This document shows, one piece after another, positions 11,154-21,885 of a stretch of 64,000 nt of DNA. The translations under genes were made by a program, and so were the position numbers. The DNA is taken from IMG/VR virus record IMGVR_UViG_3300034073_005389, positions 248,001 to 312,000 of that record. One strand, given 5' to 3'. Each line of letters starts with the position of its first letter. Position 1 is the first letter of the stretch. The notes below the pieces were generated by a model that had not been told where the DNA came from, ran no database searches, and worked only from the letters and a program-made list of their open reading frames with translations.

Positions 11154-12678
11154 AATATTTCAACTCCATATACAATTTCCACCATTCCGATTTTAGCTAT
11201 CTATGTCCCACATAAATCCAATGTTCTTTTCCCATTGCAAAAGAACTTGAGAATAGCTTCTTTTCATTTGCTCTTTCGGAATTTCCCAAATAAGTAGATC
11301 GCCGTTCCAATGGGTATGGCGGATCAGTTTATAACTTTTACCAACATCCAAGTACTTTTGCATTATATTATCTGGAACTTCCAAAGTATTTATTTCGATA
11401 TTATCATCATCGAATGATTTAACTTCCGCTTTAAGCAATTTACATTCAATAATTTTTCCTACGAATAAGTTAGCGCTTTGTTTATCGCTCATGTTTCCAA
11501 CTCTCCTTATGACCTAGTTGTTAAACAACCTTCTCAATATCTTTCTTTATGAGCTTTATGGATATTTAATTTTTTAAACTTTGTTTCGCTCATAGCAATC
11601 CGCTACTTGTTTTAGTTTTTGAATAACAACTTCCCTTAGATTATGCATCAAAGAATCAAGCCTGTTAATATCGGAAACAAGCTCTCTAATGTCAGAAGCT
11701 TCTAGTCGATCAGAGTTGCAGGCTCGATAATGAGCATCTTCATCTATTCCTTCTTCGATTAAATGCTCAATCAAATCGACAATTATTTGATCTTTGGTTG
11801 GAAGATAAATATCTTGTTCCTCTTCCTTGGCTAAAGGTATTGATGGAGTTTCTTGCATAACATGCCAACCATCTTTTATTAATTGATCGGTGAATTCTTT
11901 TGGAACAACTGGAAATGTTGTATTTTTCATTTTTTTAAATCTTCTACTGCTAAACGCGCATCCAATAATCCATTAGATTCATTATATAATTGATCTAAAA
12001 CATAAGATGGTATTTTTGATGTGTGCAATTGTATTCCTACTGGAGTATCCATTTCTGTTTCAATTATATAAGAATCAGTTGCTGGATCATAAATAATAAT
12101 TTGATTAGGCAAAATCTGACAAAATGTTTCACCGGAAGAATCTTTTTTAATTTTCATTTTTCAAATTGTTTAGAATTAATAGGGTAAAGATATTTATTGG
12201 TAATCACTGCATAACCACAAGCACATTTCCAAATAGTTCGTTCTGCATCTGTTGGGGTCGCATAATACATACCAACATCACCATGTTTATGTAAATTTAC
12301 TTTTTGATAAAATTCTTCTTCAGAAAGAGCTATGCCAAGCTCGTCTGACTCTACATAATGAATAGTTTTCATAAGTATTTTACTCTAATCAAAAGTCATC
12401 AAAAGTCAATAACAAATGAGGGTTCTCATTGTATGGATCGTTCATGTATGATAATTCTACATACACTTTTGTCAAGTCCTTACCTTCTACCATTTTTAAT
12501 AGTCTGGCTAAAGAAATTTTATTTTCATACCATCCAAAATCTTTAAAAATAGTAGATCCATCAGCAGTCTTTGATTTAATCTCTTTTGATTCAACTGGTT
12601 GTTGTAATGTCTTTTTTGGTCGTGGCATAATAATCTTTCCAACTATCCTGAAAAACTGGATAGTTCAAATATGAAATT

Positions 12679-13086
12679 TCAATGAAGCTCACAGCTGTCT
12701 TTTGAACAGCGCCCTGTGATCCGCAACCTATTGCGAGCAAACCAACGATAAGCTGCATCGAGCATGTGCCTTATTCCAGGCAATCGTGTCAGTGTAACGA
12801 GCGGAGAGAATCCTACGGCACTGTATAACCGTCTGAATACTTCGACACCTTCTACCCATTCTCCAGGACCCTCTGCACCAATTTCACGTCCCTGAATGCG
12901 TGCCATTAGATCATCAAACGTCTTTCCAACAGATGCTGGATCAAAAGATTGATCAGCAATATCGGTAAAGCGTACTCGACCCTTTCTATCTAACCATCTA
13001 AGCAGACGGATTTCACGAACGCACAAAGGGCAATCGCCATCGAAGAACACCTCAAAGCATGGACTTAAAACACGAACATTTGTCAT
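12679..13086 (-). CDS. DCC family thiol-disulfide oxidoreductase (DUF393)
   Basis: FFDGDCPLC (DxxCxxC) and YRWFARNR motifs; GC clearly above the flanks. Confidence 0.9.
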   Translation of the reverse strand: MTNVRVLSPCFEVFFDGDCPLCVREIRLLRWLDRKGRVRFTDIADQSFDPASVGKTFDDLMARIQGREIGAEGPGEWVEGVEVFRRLYSAVGFSPLVTLTRLPGIRHMLDAAYRWFARNRLRITGRCSKDSCELH

Positions 13087-13088
13087 AT

Positions 13089-13716
13089 CTATTCCTTAAT
13101 ATCTTTCTCATCTTCTAAATTATTTAGATAAAATGGTAATGCTCCTTCCGGCATCTTTTGAATTGGAAAAGACGATTTCATCAAATGCATGGAAGTAGAT
13201 TCTGTATGACCGCATGATTTACATCGAAAAATACCAGCATAAACTCTTAAAGAGATTCCACGGCTCATTTCTAGATTCTCTGCATCACATTTAGTACATT
13301 TGCCAGCAACTTCTTCAAATTTTGCCCCGCCAAGCAAACTCATCATGCCCAAACTATTGTCACTAATTATTTTTTTTAAAATCATGGCTCATATAAATCT
13401 CTCAATTGAAAATTTGAAGCATTTTCATTTTTTCTATAATCTGTAAATAATTATCTCTATCTACAAAATAAGAATAATTTATTCTGCTTACATCATAAGT
13501 TTTCTTGCCAGGAGTCATATCCACAACCAATGTTTCTTTATCAGTAATAGTAAATTTATAATCCAATATTTTAAAAGAAGCTAAAAATGTATCATTATGA
13601 AACTTAATGATCCCATAATCATATATGCAACCACATTTATAATAACCCGTTTTAAACTCAATTAAAAATTGATTAGAACAAAATGGACATTGATAACCAT
13701 ACTCTGAAACAGACAT
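13089..13716 (-). other. Two small CxxC zinc-ribbon hypothetical ORFs
   Basis: CTKC/CKSC in one and CPFC/CGC in the other. Confidence 0.55.
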
Positions 13717-13755
13717 ATTATAAATATTCTACTGATAAATCTATCAATCCATAAT

Positions 13756-14109
13756 TCAAGCTTTTTGCTTTGCCTTATCATAATCCGCACTATACCACAA
13801 TGCCATTGCCTCTGGTGTCTTAAATTTTTCCCATTTGCCGGTCTCTGGATTAAAAGCACCTGTCCTGCTACTAATTTCTTTTAGTGTTTCTTCCATAGCG
13901 ACATTAGGATCATACCCACGAATCTTCATAGCATTAACAGCAAATACAATGATATCACACAATGCGTCAATCTCTCCACTACCATCCTTGGCTCGCAAAA
14001 ACTCACTTAATTCTTCTGCTAAGAAACTAGCATGAGCAGTCTTATCCCACTCAATGTTCAATAATCCTCGCTCTTTTGCCCAAGCATTAATACGATCAAA
14101 ATGTGTCAT
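13756..14109 (-). CDS. MazG-like NTP pyrophosphohydrolase (all-alpha)
   Basis: WAKERG...LAEELSEF...EIDALCDIIVFA acidic metal-binding pattern. Confidence 0.75.
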   Translation of the reverse strand: MTHFDRINAWAKERGLLNIEWDKTAHASFLAEELSEFLRAKDGSGEIDALCDIIVFAVNAMKIRGYDPNVAMEETLKEISSRTGAFNPETGKWEKFKTPEAMALWYSADYDKAKQKA

Positions 14110-14124
14110 GTTTTATTTCCTTTT

Positions 14125-14610
14125 TTAATACAAATATAAAGTTGTAATAAGATTACTAATTTTTTCTTCTGAAATATTATTTTCTTCACCAAACTTTTTA
14201 ATTTTAGTGATGAAATCATTAATATCATCATCAGTATAAATACGATTGTGAATCGTAAGATAACCAGCATCTAATGCTGGCGAATATGATTCTGGTCCAA
14301 ATTTAAAAACATCATATAATGTATAACGATAAGAACCTTTATCTATTATCTCAGATTGATAAATTCTTCTACATACAGCACAAAATACATCCAGTTGCTG
14401 CTCTTTGGTTAAAGAATTCCAAAATTCTTCAGATTTACTTTCTAAAATATCGCTTGTAGAGTCTTCCATAAATTCTTCAGCACCTTCTTGATAGTCTAGT
14501 GACTTATAACAATACATACAGTAAAAATCACAAAATTCAAAATTATCTTCTGTATAATGGTGTTTGTGATCAGGACTATCTGAACAAAAAGAATTACTCA
14601 TATTTTTCAC
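14125..14610 (-). CDS. Hypothetical protein
   Basis: 161-aa ORF in the minus-strand run. Confidence 0.6.
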   Translation of the reverse strand: MKNMSNSFCSDSPDHKHHYTEDNFEFCDFYCMYCYKSLDYQEGAEEFMEDSTSDILESKSEEFWNSLTKEQQLDVFCAVCRRIYQSEIIDKGSYRYTLYDVFKFGPESYSPALDAGYLTIHNRIYTDDDINDFITKIKKFGEENNISEEKISNLITTLYLY

Positions 14611-14642
14611 ACTTATGAGGTGTCAAAATTTACTCTGGTAAG

Positions 14643-14670
14643 AGTATAATTTTATAAATTACCCTGTCAA
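14643..14670 (-). promoter_or_regulatory. sigma70-like promoter TTGACA-N16-TATACT
   Basis: TTGACA at 14665-14670 and TATACT at 14643-14648. Confidence 0.75.
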
Positions 14671-14680
14671 GAGGGTCCTA

Positions 14681-15097
14681 TTATTTTAAATTAAACAATA
14701 TTAACCCTATTAACATAATAAAAGAGGCTATAATTTTGTTAGTACTAAATTGCTCTTGCAAAAACATGACAGAAAACAAAGTAGTAATAACTGGATTAAT
14801 AGAAATCATTAATGTCAAAGCGCTCGTATCATTGCTGGATTTTAACAATATTCCAAACATGACTGCGCCAACAACATGAGTAGCAATGCAAACAATACCC
14901 CAAAATACTCCTGACAAATTATAATTAGAAATTTGACTTTTAGAAAGCAAATATAACCAAATAGGTATCTCTAACGCATAAACTGCTCCTGCCACTATCT
15001 GTAATTGATATGGATGGATTCTGTCTACTGCTAACTTCCTAAAAAGTGAAGATAGTCCAAAAGCTAATATAGTTAAAAAAATAAGTAAATATTTCAT
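14681..15097 (-). CDS. EamA/DMT-family small membrane transporter
   Basis: About five hydrophobic helices; INPVITTLFSVMFLQEQ...KII C-terminal EamA pattern. Confidence 0.75.
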   Translation of the reverse strand: MKYLLIFLTILAFGLSSLFRKLAVDRIHPYQLQIVAGAVYALEIPIWLYLLSKSQISNYNLSGVFWGIVCIATHVVGAVMFGILLKSSNDTSALTLMISINPVITTLFSVMFLQEQFSTNKIIASFIMLIGLILFNLK

Positions 15098-15163
15098 AAT
15101 CTTCCTAAGAAAAAATGAAGAGGGTAACTAATACCCTCCTCATATACATAATGTAAATATTTA

Positions 15164-17095
15164 TCAACTATCTCGCCACAAATTAGCCGCTGCAAAAGCT
15201 AAAATCTCTTCTGCCGAATCTGGATTATATCCAATATTCATTAACTGCTCTGTCATATCTGAGTATTTCTTCTGCTGCTCAGAATCTCTTGTCTTGCTCT
15301 TTGTCACAATTCTAGCAATTGACTTAATGCCAGTAATTAAATATGACTCAATAGCAGACTTCAAAGGCTCATAACTAGTATACTTAATTGTATCTCCTCG
15401 TCTCATTCTAGAGAACATATAGGCAGTTACATCACTTCTAAAGCCATCTTTAGAAGAACCAGTGATACCAATCTGCTCCTCAATAGACTTCATAAAAGCT
15501 TCATCTGGAGTACGCTCTTCTTTTGTTACTCTGTCTTTTAATTTAACACGAGTTACATATGCCTCTGCATGATCCATGTAATTCTCAAAGATAGATTGAG
15601 CCTGCTCCTCATAAGCTGTAATAAATGCCTTGGCAATTTCACTTTCTAGTATCTTTAGATACTCTTCACGAATTGTCTTTTGTAGTAACTCTAAACAATG
15701 TGCTTTAAATTGCTCATCAGTAATCTGCTCTTTTACCATTCTGGTTAAAGAATTAATTACTGAAACAGGAGTAATCATATTCTTTTCTGAATTAGTTAAC
15801 GCATGATCTAATGATTTAGTGATAAATCTAGTAGAAATACCATCTAAACCCTCATGCTTAGCTTCTTCTCGTAAATCCTTAATATCTACCTTCTTAACTC
15901 TGCCCTTTTCAATGATTTCTTCACCATTGTAAATCTTCATCTTAGTCAATAAATCACATTTGCCAGATGTCTTTAATCTGCTCATTACAGAGAACATAGA
16001 AGCAACCTTCAAAGTATGAGGTGCGATATGTGCAGTAAAGTCTGATTTACCTAACATCTTTTCGTAAATCTTAATTTCTTGATCTAACTCAAGACAATAA
16101 GGAACAGCTACTTTTACAATACGGTCTAAAATAGCCTCATTAGTATGTTCAGACTGGAATCTATTCCATTCTGCTTCATTACAGTGAGCTAAAATAACTC
16201 CATCAAAATGAAGCATGTCTGATTTGCCAGGAGAAGGAACTCGTTTTTCTTGAGTAGCAGTAATAATAGTATGTAAGAATTCAATTTCATTCTTAAATAC
16301 TTCTACTAATTCTACGATACCACGATTGCCTACGTTGAAAGCGCCGGTTAAGGATAATGCTCGTGGATCATCTTCTGAGTATTTATCTAGTTTAGAAATA
16401 TCTACCGAGCCAATTAGCACAGAAACATCTTGTGAGTTAGCATCCATAGGGGGAACTGCTGCTACGCCACGTCTAGCCCTTTGAGAGAATGATGTTTCTT
16501 CTACTTCAAAGTTTTCATACTTACCGTCTAATTCATTCATGAGCTTATGACGGGCTACAGGAGAAATATCACCTTCAATTTTAACATTAAGTGTTTTCTC
16601 AAATGAGTCTCTTAAAGATCGAGGAATGAGTTGTAGTGGTTCGCCACGGTGAGGATCGCCCTTTAGGTGGTAGTATTTCTTACCTTCTAGCGCCTTTTTA
16701 ATATGTTCGGTGAGGGCTGACTTGCCTGCGCCTACTGGACCCATTAATAACAATACCTGGCGGGATTCTTCGCCACGCTGAGCGGCAGATGAAAGGAAAG
16801 ACATTACTTTGTTAATAACGTTTTCCATACCAAAGAATTCGTTTTCAAAATATTTATAGAGTTTTACATTTTCTCCATCAAATATTTTATGCTTACGGAT
16901 ATCGGAATCTGGCATAGTTTCTACGCCACGTTCTACAATAGCTTCGTATAATCTTTTATGTGATGATTTAACAATAGATGGATCTTGCTCGACTAAATCA
17001 ATGTAATCCATCAAGTTGCCAGAAAATTTCTTATTTTGACTGGCAGATTCTCTTGCCGATTGAATTTGTTTTAATAGTTGTTCTTTGGTACTCAT
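15164..17095 (-). CDS. prkA: PrkA/YeaG family AAA+ serine kinase
   Basis: LLLMGPVGAGKS Walker A; GAFNVGNRGIVELVEVFK; HCNEAEW...EAILDR; YCL family motifs; 643 aa. Confidence 0.95.
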   Translation of the reverse strand: MSTKEQLLKQIQSARESASQNKKFSGNLMDYIDLVEQDPSIVKSSHKRLYEAIVERGVETMPDSDIRKHKIFDGENVKLYKYFENEFFGMENVINKVMSFLSSAAQRGEESRQVLLLMGPVGAGKSALTEHIKKALEGKKYYHLKGDPHRGEPLQLIPRSLRDSFEKTLNVKIEGDISPVARHKLMNELDGKYENFEVEETSFSQRARRGVAAVPPMDANSQDVSVLIGSVDISKLDKYSEDDPRALSLTGAFNVGNRGIVELVEVFKNEIEFLHTIITATQEKRVPSPGKSDMLHFDGVILAHCNEAEWNRFQSEHTNEAILDRIVKVAVPYCLELDQEIKIYEKMLGKSDFTAHIAPHTLKVASMFSVMSRLKTSGKCDLLTKMKIYNGEEIIEKGRVKKVDIKDLREEAKHEGLDGISTRFITKSLDHALTNSEKNMITPVSVINSLTRMVKEQITDEQFKAHCLELLQKTIREEYLKILESEIAKAFITAYEEQAQSIFENYMDHAEAYVTRVKLKDRVTKEERTPDEAFMKSIEEQIGITGSSKDGFRSDVTAYMFSRMRRGDTIKYTSYEPLKSAIESYLITGIKSIARIVTKSKTRDSEQQKKYSDMTEQLMNIGYNPDSAEEILAFAAANLWRDS

Positions 17096-17115
17096 CTACT
17101 CTTTCCTTGTTAGAA

Positions 17116-17313
17116 TTACACTCTTCTAAAGCTTCCTTTAAACTTAGCCGGGGTTTCTTGCTCTTCTTGTTCTTCTAATTGTTTATTACTAATCACATCT
17201 TGTAAATATAAGACAATTTCTTTTGCTTTATCTTCTTCAGAAACAGGTTGTCTTAAAATAGACAAAATTGTATGATAATAATTATTTTTATCTATAATAT
17301 TTATTTTAGTCAA
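17116..17313 (-). CDS. Small hypothetical protein within the cassette
   Basis: 65 aa, overlapping the spoVR stop. Confidence 0.55.
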   Translation of the reverse strand: MTKINIIDKNNYYHTILSILRQPVSEEDKAKEIVLYLQDVISNKQLEEQEEQETPAKFKGSFRRV

Positions 17314-18631
17314 TGGATGTTACCTCATCATTTACTCTAGCCAATAATCTAACAGAGTTTCCCCACAAAGTTTTAATATGATGTACTACTGTAGTGGCAT
17401 ATGTTACTTCTAAATCTCTTCCATCATGTTCATGATATAAAACTAATTCGTTATTTCTTCTAACTTCTTCTACATAAACTACTGGAATAGAACCACCGCC
17501 AACTGATTTGGCTAATTCATTTTTAACAACTTCCCAACCATCCTCATCAGATATATCCTCGACAACTAATCCATTACCTCTTTTTTTGACGTAAGTAAAC
17601 AAATTTAATTCAGCACATAGTTCTGCGTCAAGATATTGTCTAATAAATGATGCATCATGGCATGCTTCTCTAGCAATCAGACATTCTTCCCAACCATATT
17701 TTTTCTCTATATGACGATATAAATGAAAACCTAAATGATATGGATTGATAGATCCAATATGCGGTCTAATAACTTGATTATGAGACTTAATAATAGGAAG
17801 ATGATATTCTGAAGGTAAATCTAAATCATGACAGATTTTATAATGCATTGCGCAAGAAAATCCTTCATTTGAGACTTTAGTTTGAATTTGTGGCCAGAAA
17901 TATTGACCTTCATCTCTAATAATATCAATGATATCTTTTTTCCAGCTAGGTAATTTAGCGTTCTCAGAAATAAAACCTAACAAATCATAATCTGGCTCTA
18001 AAGGAATTTTTTCTAATTCTCTATTTATTCTAAGCTGACGATTTGTATCATTTCTTTCTTTGGCTTCTTTTAATTCTTGAAGTTTTTCTTCTTTAATTTC
18101 TTCTTGAGTTCTACGACGTAAACCATATTTAGTAGTCTGAAATTGAACGGCATGACATGCATCAATTACTTTTTCTACTTCTTCGATTCCAATATTAGTA
18201 TCTTCTACATAAGATTGAATCCTCTTTTTAGCTGCACGGAATCTTTGAATAACTGTTTCAGGTCTAGTATCTTTAAACATTCTGTTATTTTTAAAAAAAT
18301 CAGAATGCCCAACGCAATGAGCCATAATAAGAATCTGTAAATATAATGGATTCTCTCTCATTAAATATGCAATTGACGGATGGCTATTGATGATAAGTTC
18401 GTAAGGTAAACCTTCCATACCAAGATTATACATCTGGTGTGTTCGCTCAAAAGCTTTGCCAAGAGACCAATGATTATACATAGACGGCATGCCATGATGA
18501 GCCATAGCCCCTATCATTTCATAATAATCTATTGTCTCATACTCGATAGGATAAGGGTCCAATTTGTACTTAGGATATATTTCATTAATTTTCTCATCCC
18601 ATTTTTCTAGATCTGATAATGTATAATCCAT
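17306..18631 (-). CDS. spoVR: SpoVR/YcgB family protein
   Basis: GMPSMYNHWSLGK, YELIINSHPSIAYL, AHCVGHSDFFKNN, QTKVSNEG and INPYHLG. Confidence 0.95.
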   Translation of the reverse strand: MDYTLSDLEKWDEKINEIYPKYKLDPYPIEYETIDYYEMIGAMAHHGMPSMYNHWSLGKAFERTHQMYNLGMEGLPYELIINSHPSIAYLMRENPLYLQILIMAHCVGHSDFFKNNRMFKDTRPETVIQRFRAAKKRIQSYVEDTNIGIEEVEKVIDACHAVQFQTTKYGLRRRTQEEIKEEKLQELKEAKERNDTNRQLRINRELEKIPLEPDYDLLGFISENAKLPSWKKDIIDIIRDEGQYFWPQIQTKVSNEGFSCAMHYKICHDLDLPSEYHLPIIKSHNQVIRPHIGSINPYHLGFHLYRHIEKKYGWEECLIAREACHDASFIRQYLDAELCAELNLFTYVKKRGNGLVVEDISDEDGWEVVKNELAKSVGGGSIPVVYVEEVRRNNELVLYHEHDGRDLEVTYATTVVHHIKTLWGNSVRLLARVNDEVTSID

Positions 18632-18633
18632 AC

Positions 18634-19812
18634 TTACACCTCGGAGCTAACTCCATTTAATATATTCTTAAAAGCAACCCAAACATCTTCTTTTCTTAAG
18701 ATATAAGCTGTATGCAATTTTTTATCTCTTAAGGGTTGCAAAACATCATACAGTGTAGCGGGTTGCTCATAAGCACTGCTAGTAACATCTTTATCTGGAT
18801 TAATTTCGCAATATCCAAACAATTGACATACTTCTTTTAATTCAGATACTTTATCGGCAAATATTTTATTATCAAAACCAAAGTTATCTCCATCGCTACA
18901 TTGAAAAATATAAATATTCCAAGCAGAAGGATGATATCTTTTATCAATAATTTCTTCCACTAATTTAACACCAGAAGAAGCTACTGTTCCACCGTATGTA
19001 CTTTGAGTAAAGAAGTCTTTTTCGTTTACTTCTCTTGCCTCTGCATCATGGGTAACGAAAACAATATCTAATGTTTCGTATTTGCTACGAAGAAACTGAT
19101 ACATCAAAAAGCAAAAGCTTCTAGCTAAGAACTTTTTGTCAGTGCTCATGGAGCCAGAAACATCCATTAAGAAAAAGACAACAGCATTAGTAGAAGGTTC
19201 CTCTTTCTTTTTATAATGCCTGAATTTTAAATCATCTTCATGGAATGGAAAAGTTTCGCCTTCTTCGGCAGTTTCTGGATCGAAACCAGAAGCTTTCATT
19301 CTTTTAATTCTAGCAATAGCAGATTTTTTCTTATCTAATCTAGGAATAATGCCTTCAGAACGATAACCACTACGCTTTAGCTTTTCTTGAGAAATATTGG
19401 ATAGTTGTTTTCGTTGCAACTCTGGAAGATTTAAGTCCTCAAATAAATATTGGGATAATTCATCTAGTGAAATTTCTACTTCGTAAAATTCTTCACCTTT
19501 TTCATTTCCGGCTTTATTACCAGGGGCAGGTTGATCATCATCTGATTGCCCGATTTTTTGACCTTTTTGAAGATCTTTGCCAGGAGCAGACCCTACTTGT
19601 TTAGAAGAGTTAGCACCATAGACAAACTTATATTCTTTAATACCTCTGACAGGTATTTTGAATTTCTTTTTTCCGTTTTCACCAATGATAGATTCTTCAG
19701 CTACAATGTTATGAATTCCGTCTTTAATAGCCTTTTCTATCTTCTGTTTATGACGCCTTCTATCAGAAGCGGAGCGATCTGCTGTGGTTTTATGTTCTCG
19801 GAAAATAGACAT
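18634..19812 (-). CDS. yeaH: YeaH/YhbH (UPF0229) vWA-domain protein
   Basis: DRSASDRRRH start; FFLMDVSGSM MIDAS motif; GGTVASS; WNIYIFQCSDGDN. Start set at the Met of MSIFREH. Confidence 0.93.
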   Translation of the reverse strand: MSIFREHKTTADRSASDRRRHKQKIEKAIKDGIHNIVAEESIIGENGKKKFKIPVRGIKEYKFVYGANSSKQVGSAPGKDLQKGQKIGQSDDDQPAPGNKAGNEKGEEFYEVEISLDELSQYLFEDLNLPELQRKQLSNISQEKLKRSGYRSEGIIPRLDKKKSAIARIKRMKASGFDPETAEEGETFPFHEDDLKFRHYKKKEEPSTNAVVFFLMDVSGSMSTDKKFLARSFCFLMYQFLRSKYETLDIVFVTHDAEAREVNEKDFFTQSTYGGTVASSGVKLVEEIIDKRYHPSAWNIYIFQCSDGDNFGFDNKIFADKVSELKEVCQLFGYCEINPDKDVTSSAYEQPATLYDVLQPLRDKKLHTAYILRKEDVWVAFKNILNGVSSEV

Positions 19813-19918
19813 TTTTAAAAAATACCTGGTTATTAGCATTAATATGCTTTTAATTTTAATTATCGCACGATATCGGCGTATAATGATATATTATATATCA
19901 AAGAAAAGAGAAATTAAA

Positions 19919-20074
19919 ATGAAAAACAAATCTATCTTAATAAGACTTTCAGATGATGAAATGAAAGAAATAAATGATTTATTTAAAAAAGAAATAGTCA
20001 ATAATGATTTAATTAGCAGGAGTGAATTTGTAAGAAGACTAATTAAATTGGGCATGGTGCAATATGAAAAATAA
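19919..20074 (+). CDS. Ribbon-helix-helix (CopG-like) DNA-binding protein
   Basis: KSILIRLSDDEMKEI...SRSEFVRRLI pattern; coupled to the downstream endonuclease. Confidence 0.6.
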   Translation: MKNKSILIRLSDDEMKEINDLFKKEIVNNDLISRSEFVRRLIKLGMVQYEK

Positions 20075-21554
20075 ATATGACACTAATTCCTTCATAAGGG
20101 TTGCGGCTGAAATTCATAAAAATAAATATGATTATTCTAAATCAGAATATACTACTATTTCTAATAAAATCACTATTATTTGCCCTAATCATGGAGAATT
20201 TAAACAAGAGGCAAAGTACCATTTAAAGGGTGGTGGATGCTATCAGTGCGCTAAAGAGTCTCGTAAAACCCCAAAAACAAGTATTGAAACTTTCATTGAA
20301 AAAGCAAGAAAAATATTTGGTAATAATTATTGTTATGATGAAGTTAATTATATTAATACTCTTACTAAAGTAAAAATAATTTGTAAAGAACACGGCTCTT
20401 TTGAACAAAAGCCAGTAAGTCATCTATCTGGAAGTGGATGCAGACTATGTTTTCATAACAGAAAAACATCGTCTAACGATCAATTCATAGATAAAGCAAT
20501 CAAAATTCATGGAAATAAATATAGTTATTTGCTATCTGAATATAAAAACAATAAATCAAATATAAAGATATTATGCCCTATTCATGGAGAGTTTGTACAA
20601 CAAGCCGCAGCTCATTTAAGAGGAGCTAATTGTCCAAGTTGCTCAAGGAAAACAGAAAAAATAGCAGGAGAATTTTTTAATAAAGTTAATCAGCTATATA
20701 AAAATAAATATGATTACTCATTATCAAAATATAAAAATAATAGGGAAAAAATAATTATTATTTGCCCAATTCATGGACAATTTACTCGTCAACCATGTAA
20801 ACATCTGGTAGGATACGGATGTTCCAGGTGTGGAAAATATGCAAAATTATCAAATAATTATTTTATTGAAAGAGCAGTTGAGCTACATGGCGATAAGTAT
20901 GATTACTCAAATATTAATATTACTAGTAATAAATCAATTGCGAGAATTATTTGCAAAATTCATGGCGAATTTAATCAGGAAGCAGGAAGCCACTTAAAAG
21001 GCAGCGGCTGTTCTGGATGTAGTGGTACTAAAAAATTAGACACCAATATTTTCATTAAAAGATCTAAAAAGATTCATGGAGATAAATATGATTATTCTTT
21101 ATCTAAATATGTTGGAATCAATAAAAAAGTTAAAATTATTTGTAAAGAACATGGAGAATTTTTACAAATAGCAAATAATCATATGCTTGGTGGAGGGTGT
21201 CCTAAATGTGGAGTAAGCTGCTCTAAAGATGAAATATCATGGATTAAATCATTTAATAATTTAAATATTATTTCTGGATACGACAAATTAATTATTAATA
21301 ATAAAAAATTAAAACCTGACGGATTTGATCCAACCACCAACACTGTTTATGAGTTTTATGGAGATTATTGGCATGGTAATCCAAAAAAATTTAAATCAGA
21401 AGATATCAACCCTTCTAATAATATTAGTTTTGGAGAACTTTATAAAAAAACTATAAAAAGAGCTAATATGATAAAAATGGCTGGTTACAATCTTGTTTCA
21501 ATTTGGGAATACGATTATAGAAAATCTCTATGTAAAACCAAAGATATTAAATAA
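20064..21554 (+). CDS. Free-standing endonuclease: six DUF723-like zinc repeats plus an EDxHD/Vsr-like nuclease domain
   Basis: Six KYDYS...IICxxHGxF...HLxGxGCxxC repeats; C-terminal PDGFD...VYEFYGDYWHG. Confidence 0.85.
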   Translation: MKNKYDTNSFIRVAAEIHKNKYDYSKSEYTTISNKITIICPNHGEFKQEAKYHLKGGGCYQCAKESRKTPKTSIETFIEKARKIFGNNYCYDEVNYINTLTKVKIICKEHGSFEQKPVSHLSGSGCRLCFHNRKTSSNDQFIDKAIKIHGNKYSYLLSEYKNNKSNIKILCPIHGEFVQQAAAHLRGANCPSCSRKTEKIAGEFFNKVNQLYKNKYDYSLSKYKNNREKIIIICPIHGQFTRQPCKHLVGYGCSRCGKYAKLSNNYFIERAVELHGDKYDYSNINITSNKSIARIICKIHGEFNQEAGSHLKGSGCSGCSGTKKLDTNIFIKRSKKIHGDKYDYSLSKYVGINKKVKIICKEHGEFLQIANNHMLGGGCPKCGVSCSKDEISWIKSFNNLNIISGYDKLIINNKKLKPDGFDPTTNTVYEFYGDYWHGNPKKFKSEDINPSNNISFGELYKKTIKRANMIKMAGYNLVSIWEYDYRKSLCKTKDIK

Positions 21555-21585
21555 TTTTAATTATATATCCAAAAGATATTATTAA

Positions 21586-21885
21586 TTATTGTAAGATATA
21601 CAATTTATAATTCTGCTTTTCTACTCTGTCAAGAACAGATTGTAAGTTTTTAATTGCAGAAGCTAATGTTTTTCCTTTCCCTTCCACTATATTAGAATCA
21701 ATGTCAGGGAAAGGATTAGCTAAATAAGTAACATACTCAGAATTATTTTCCTGGGTTAAAGGAAAAACATACCAATTTTTTTGATATTCATAATATTCAA
21801 TGCTAACTATCACCCAATTCATTGGGTGATAAGTCATTTTCTTAATTTTATTTTGAATATTTATTACTTGTTTAGAGACTTTCAT
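21586..21885 (-). CDS. Hypothetical protein coupled to aceA
   Basis: Start overlaps the aceA stop. Confidence 0.6.
   Translation of the reverse strand: MKVSKQVINIQNKIKKMTYHPMNWVIVSIEYYEYQKNWYVFPLTQENNSEYVTYLANPFPDIDSNIVEGKGKTLASAIKNLQSVLDRVEKQNYKLYILQ

Larger units (their letters stand above)
7166..12628 (-). other. Array of small hypothetical ORFs
   Basis: About 17 co-oriented coupled ORFs; no recognised families. Confidence 0.7.

Noticed and set aside
14621-14626. Extra TTGACA matches (14621; plus strand near 59778)
   Set aside because: No -10 hexamer at a 16-18 nt spacing.
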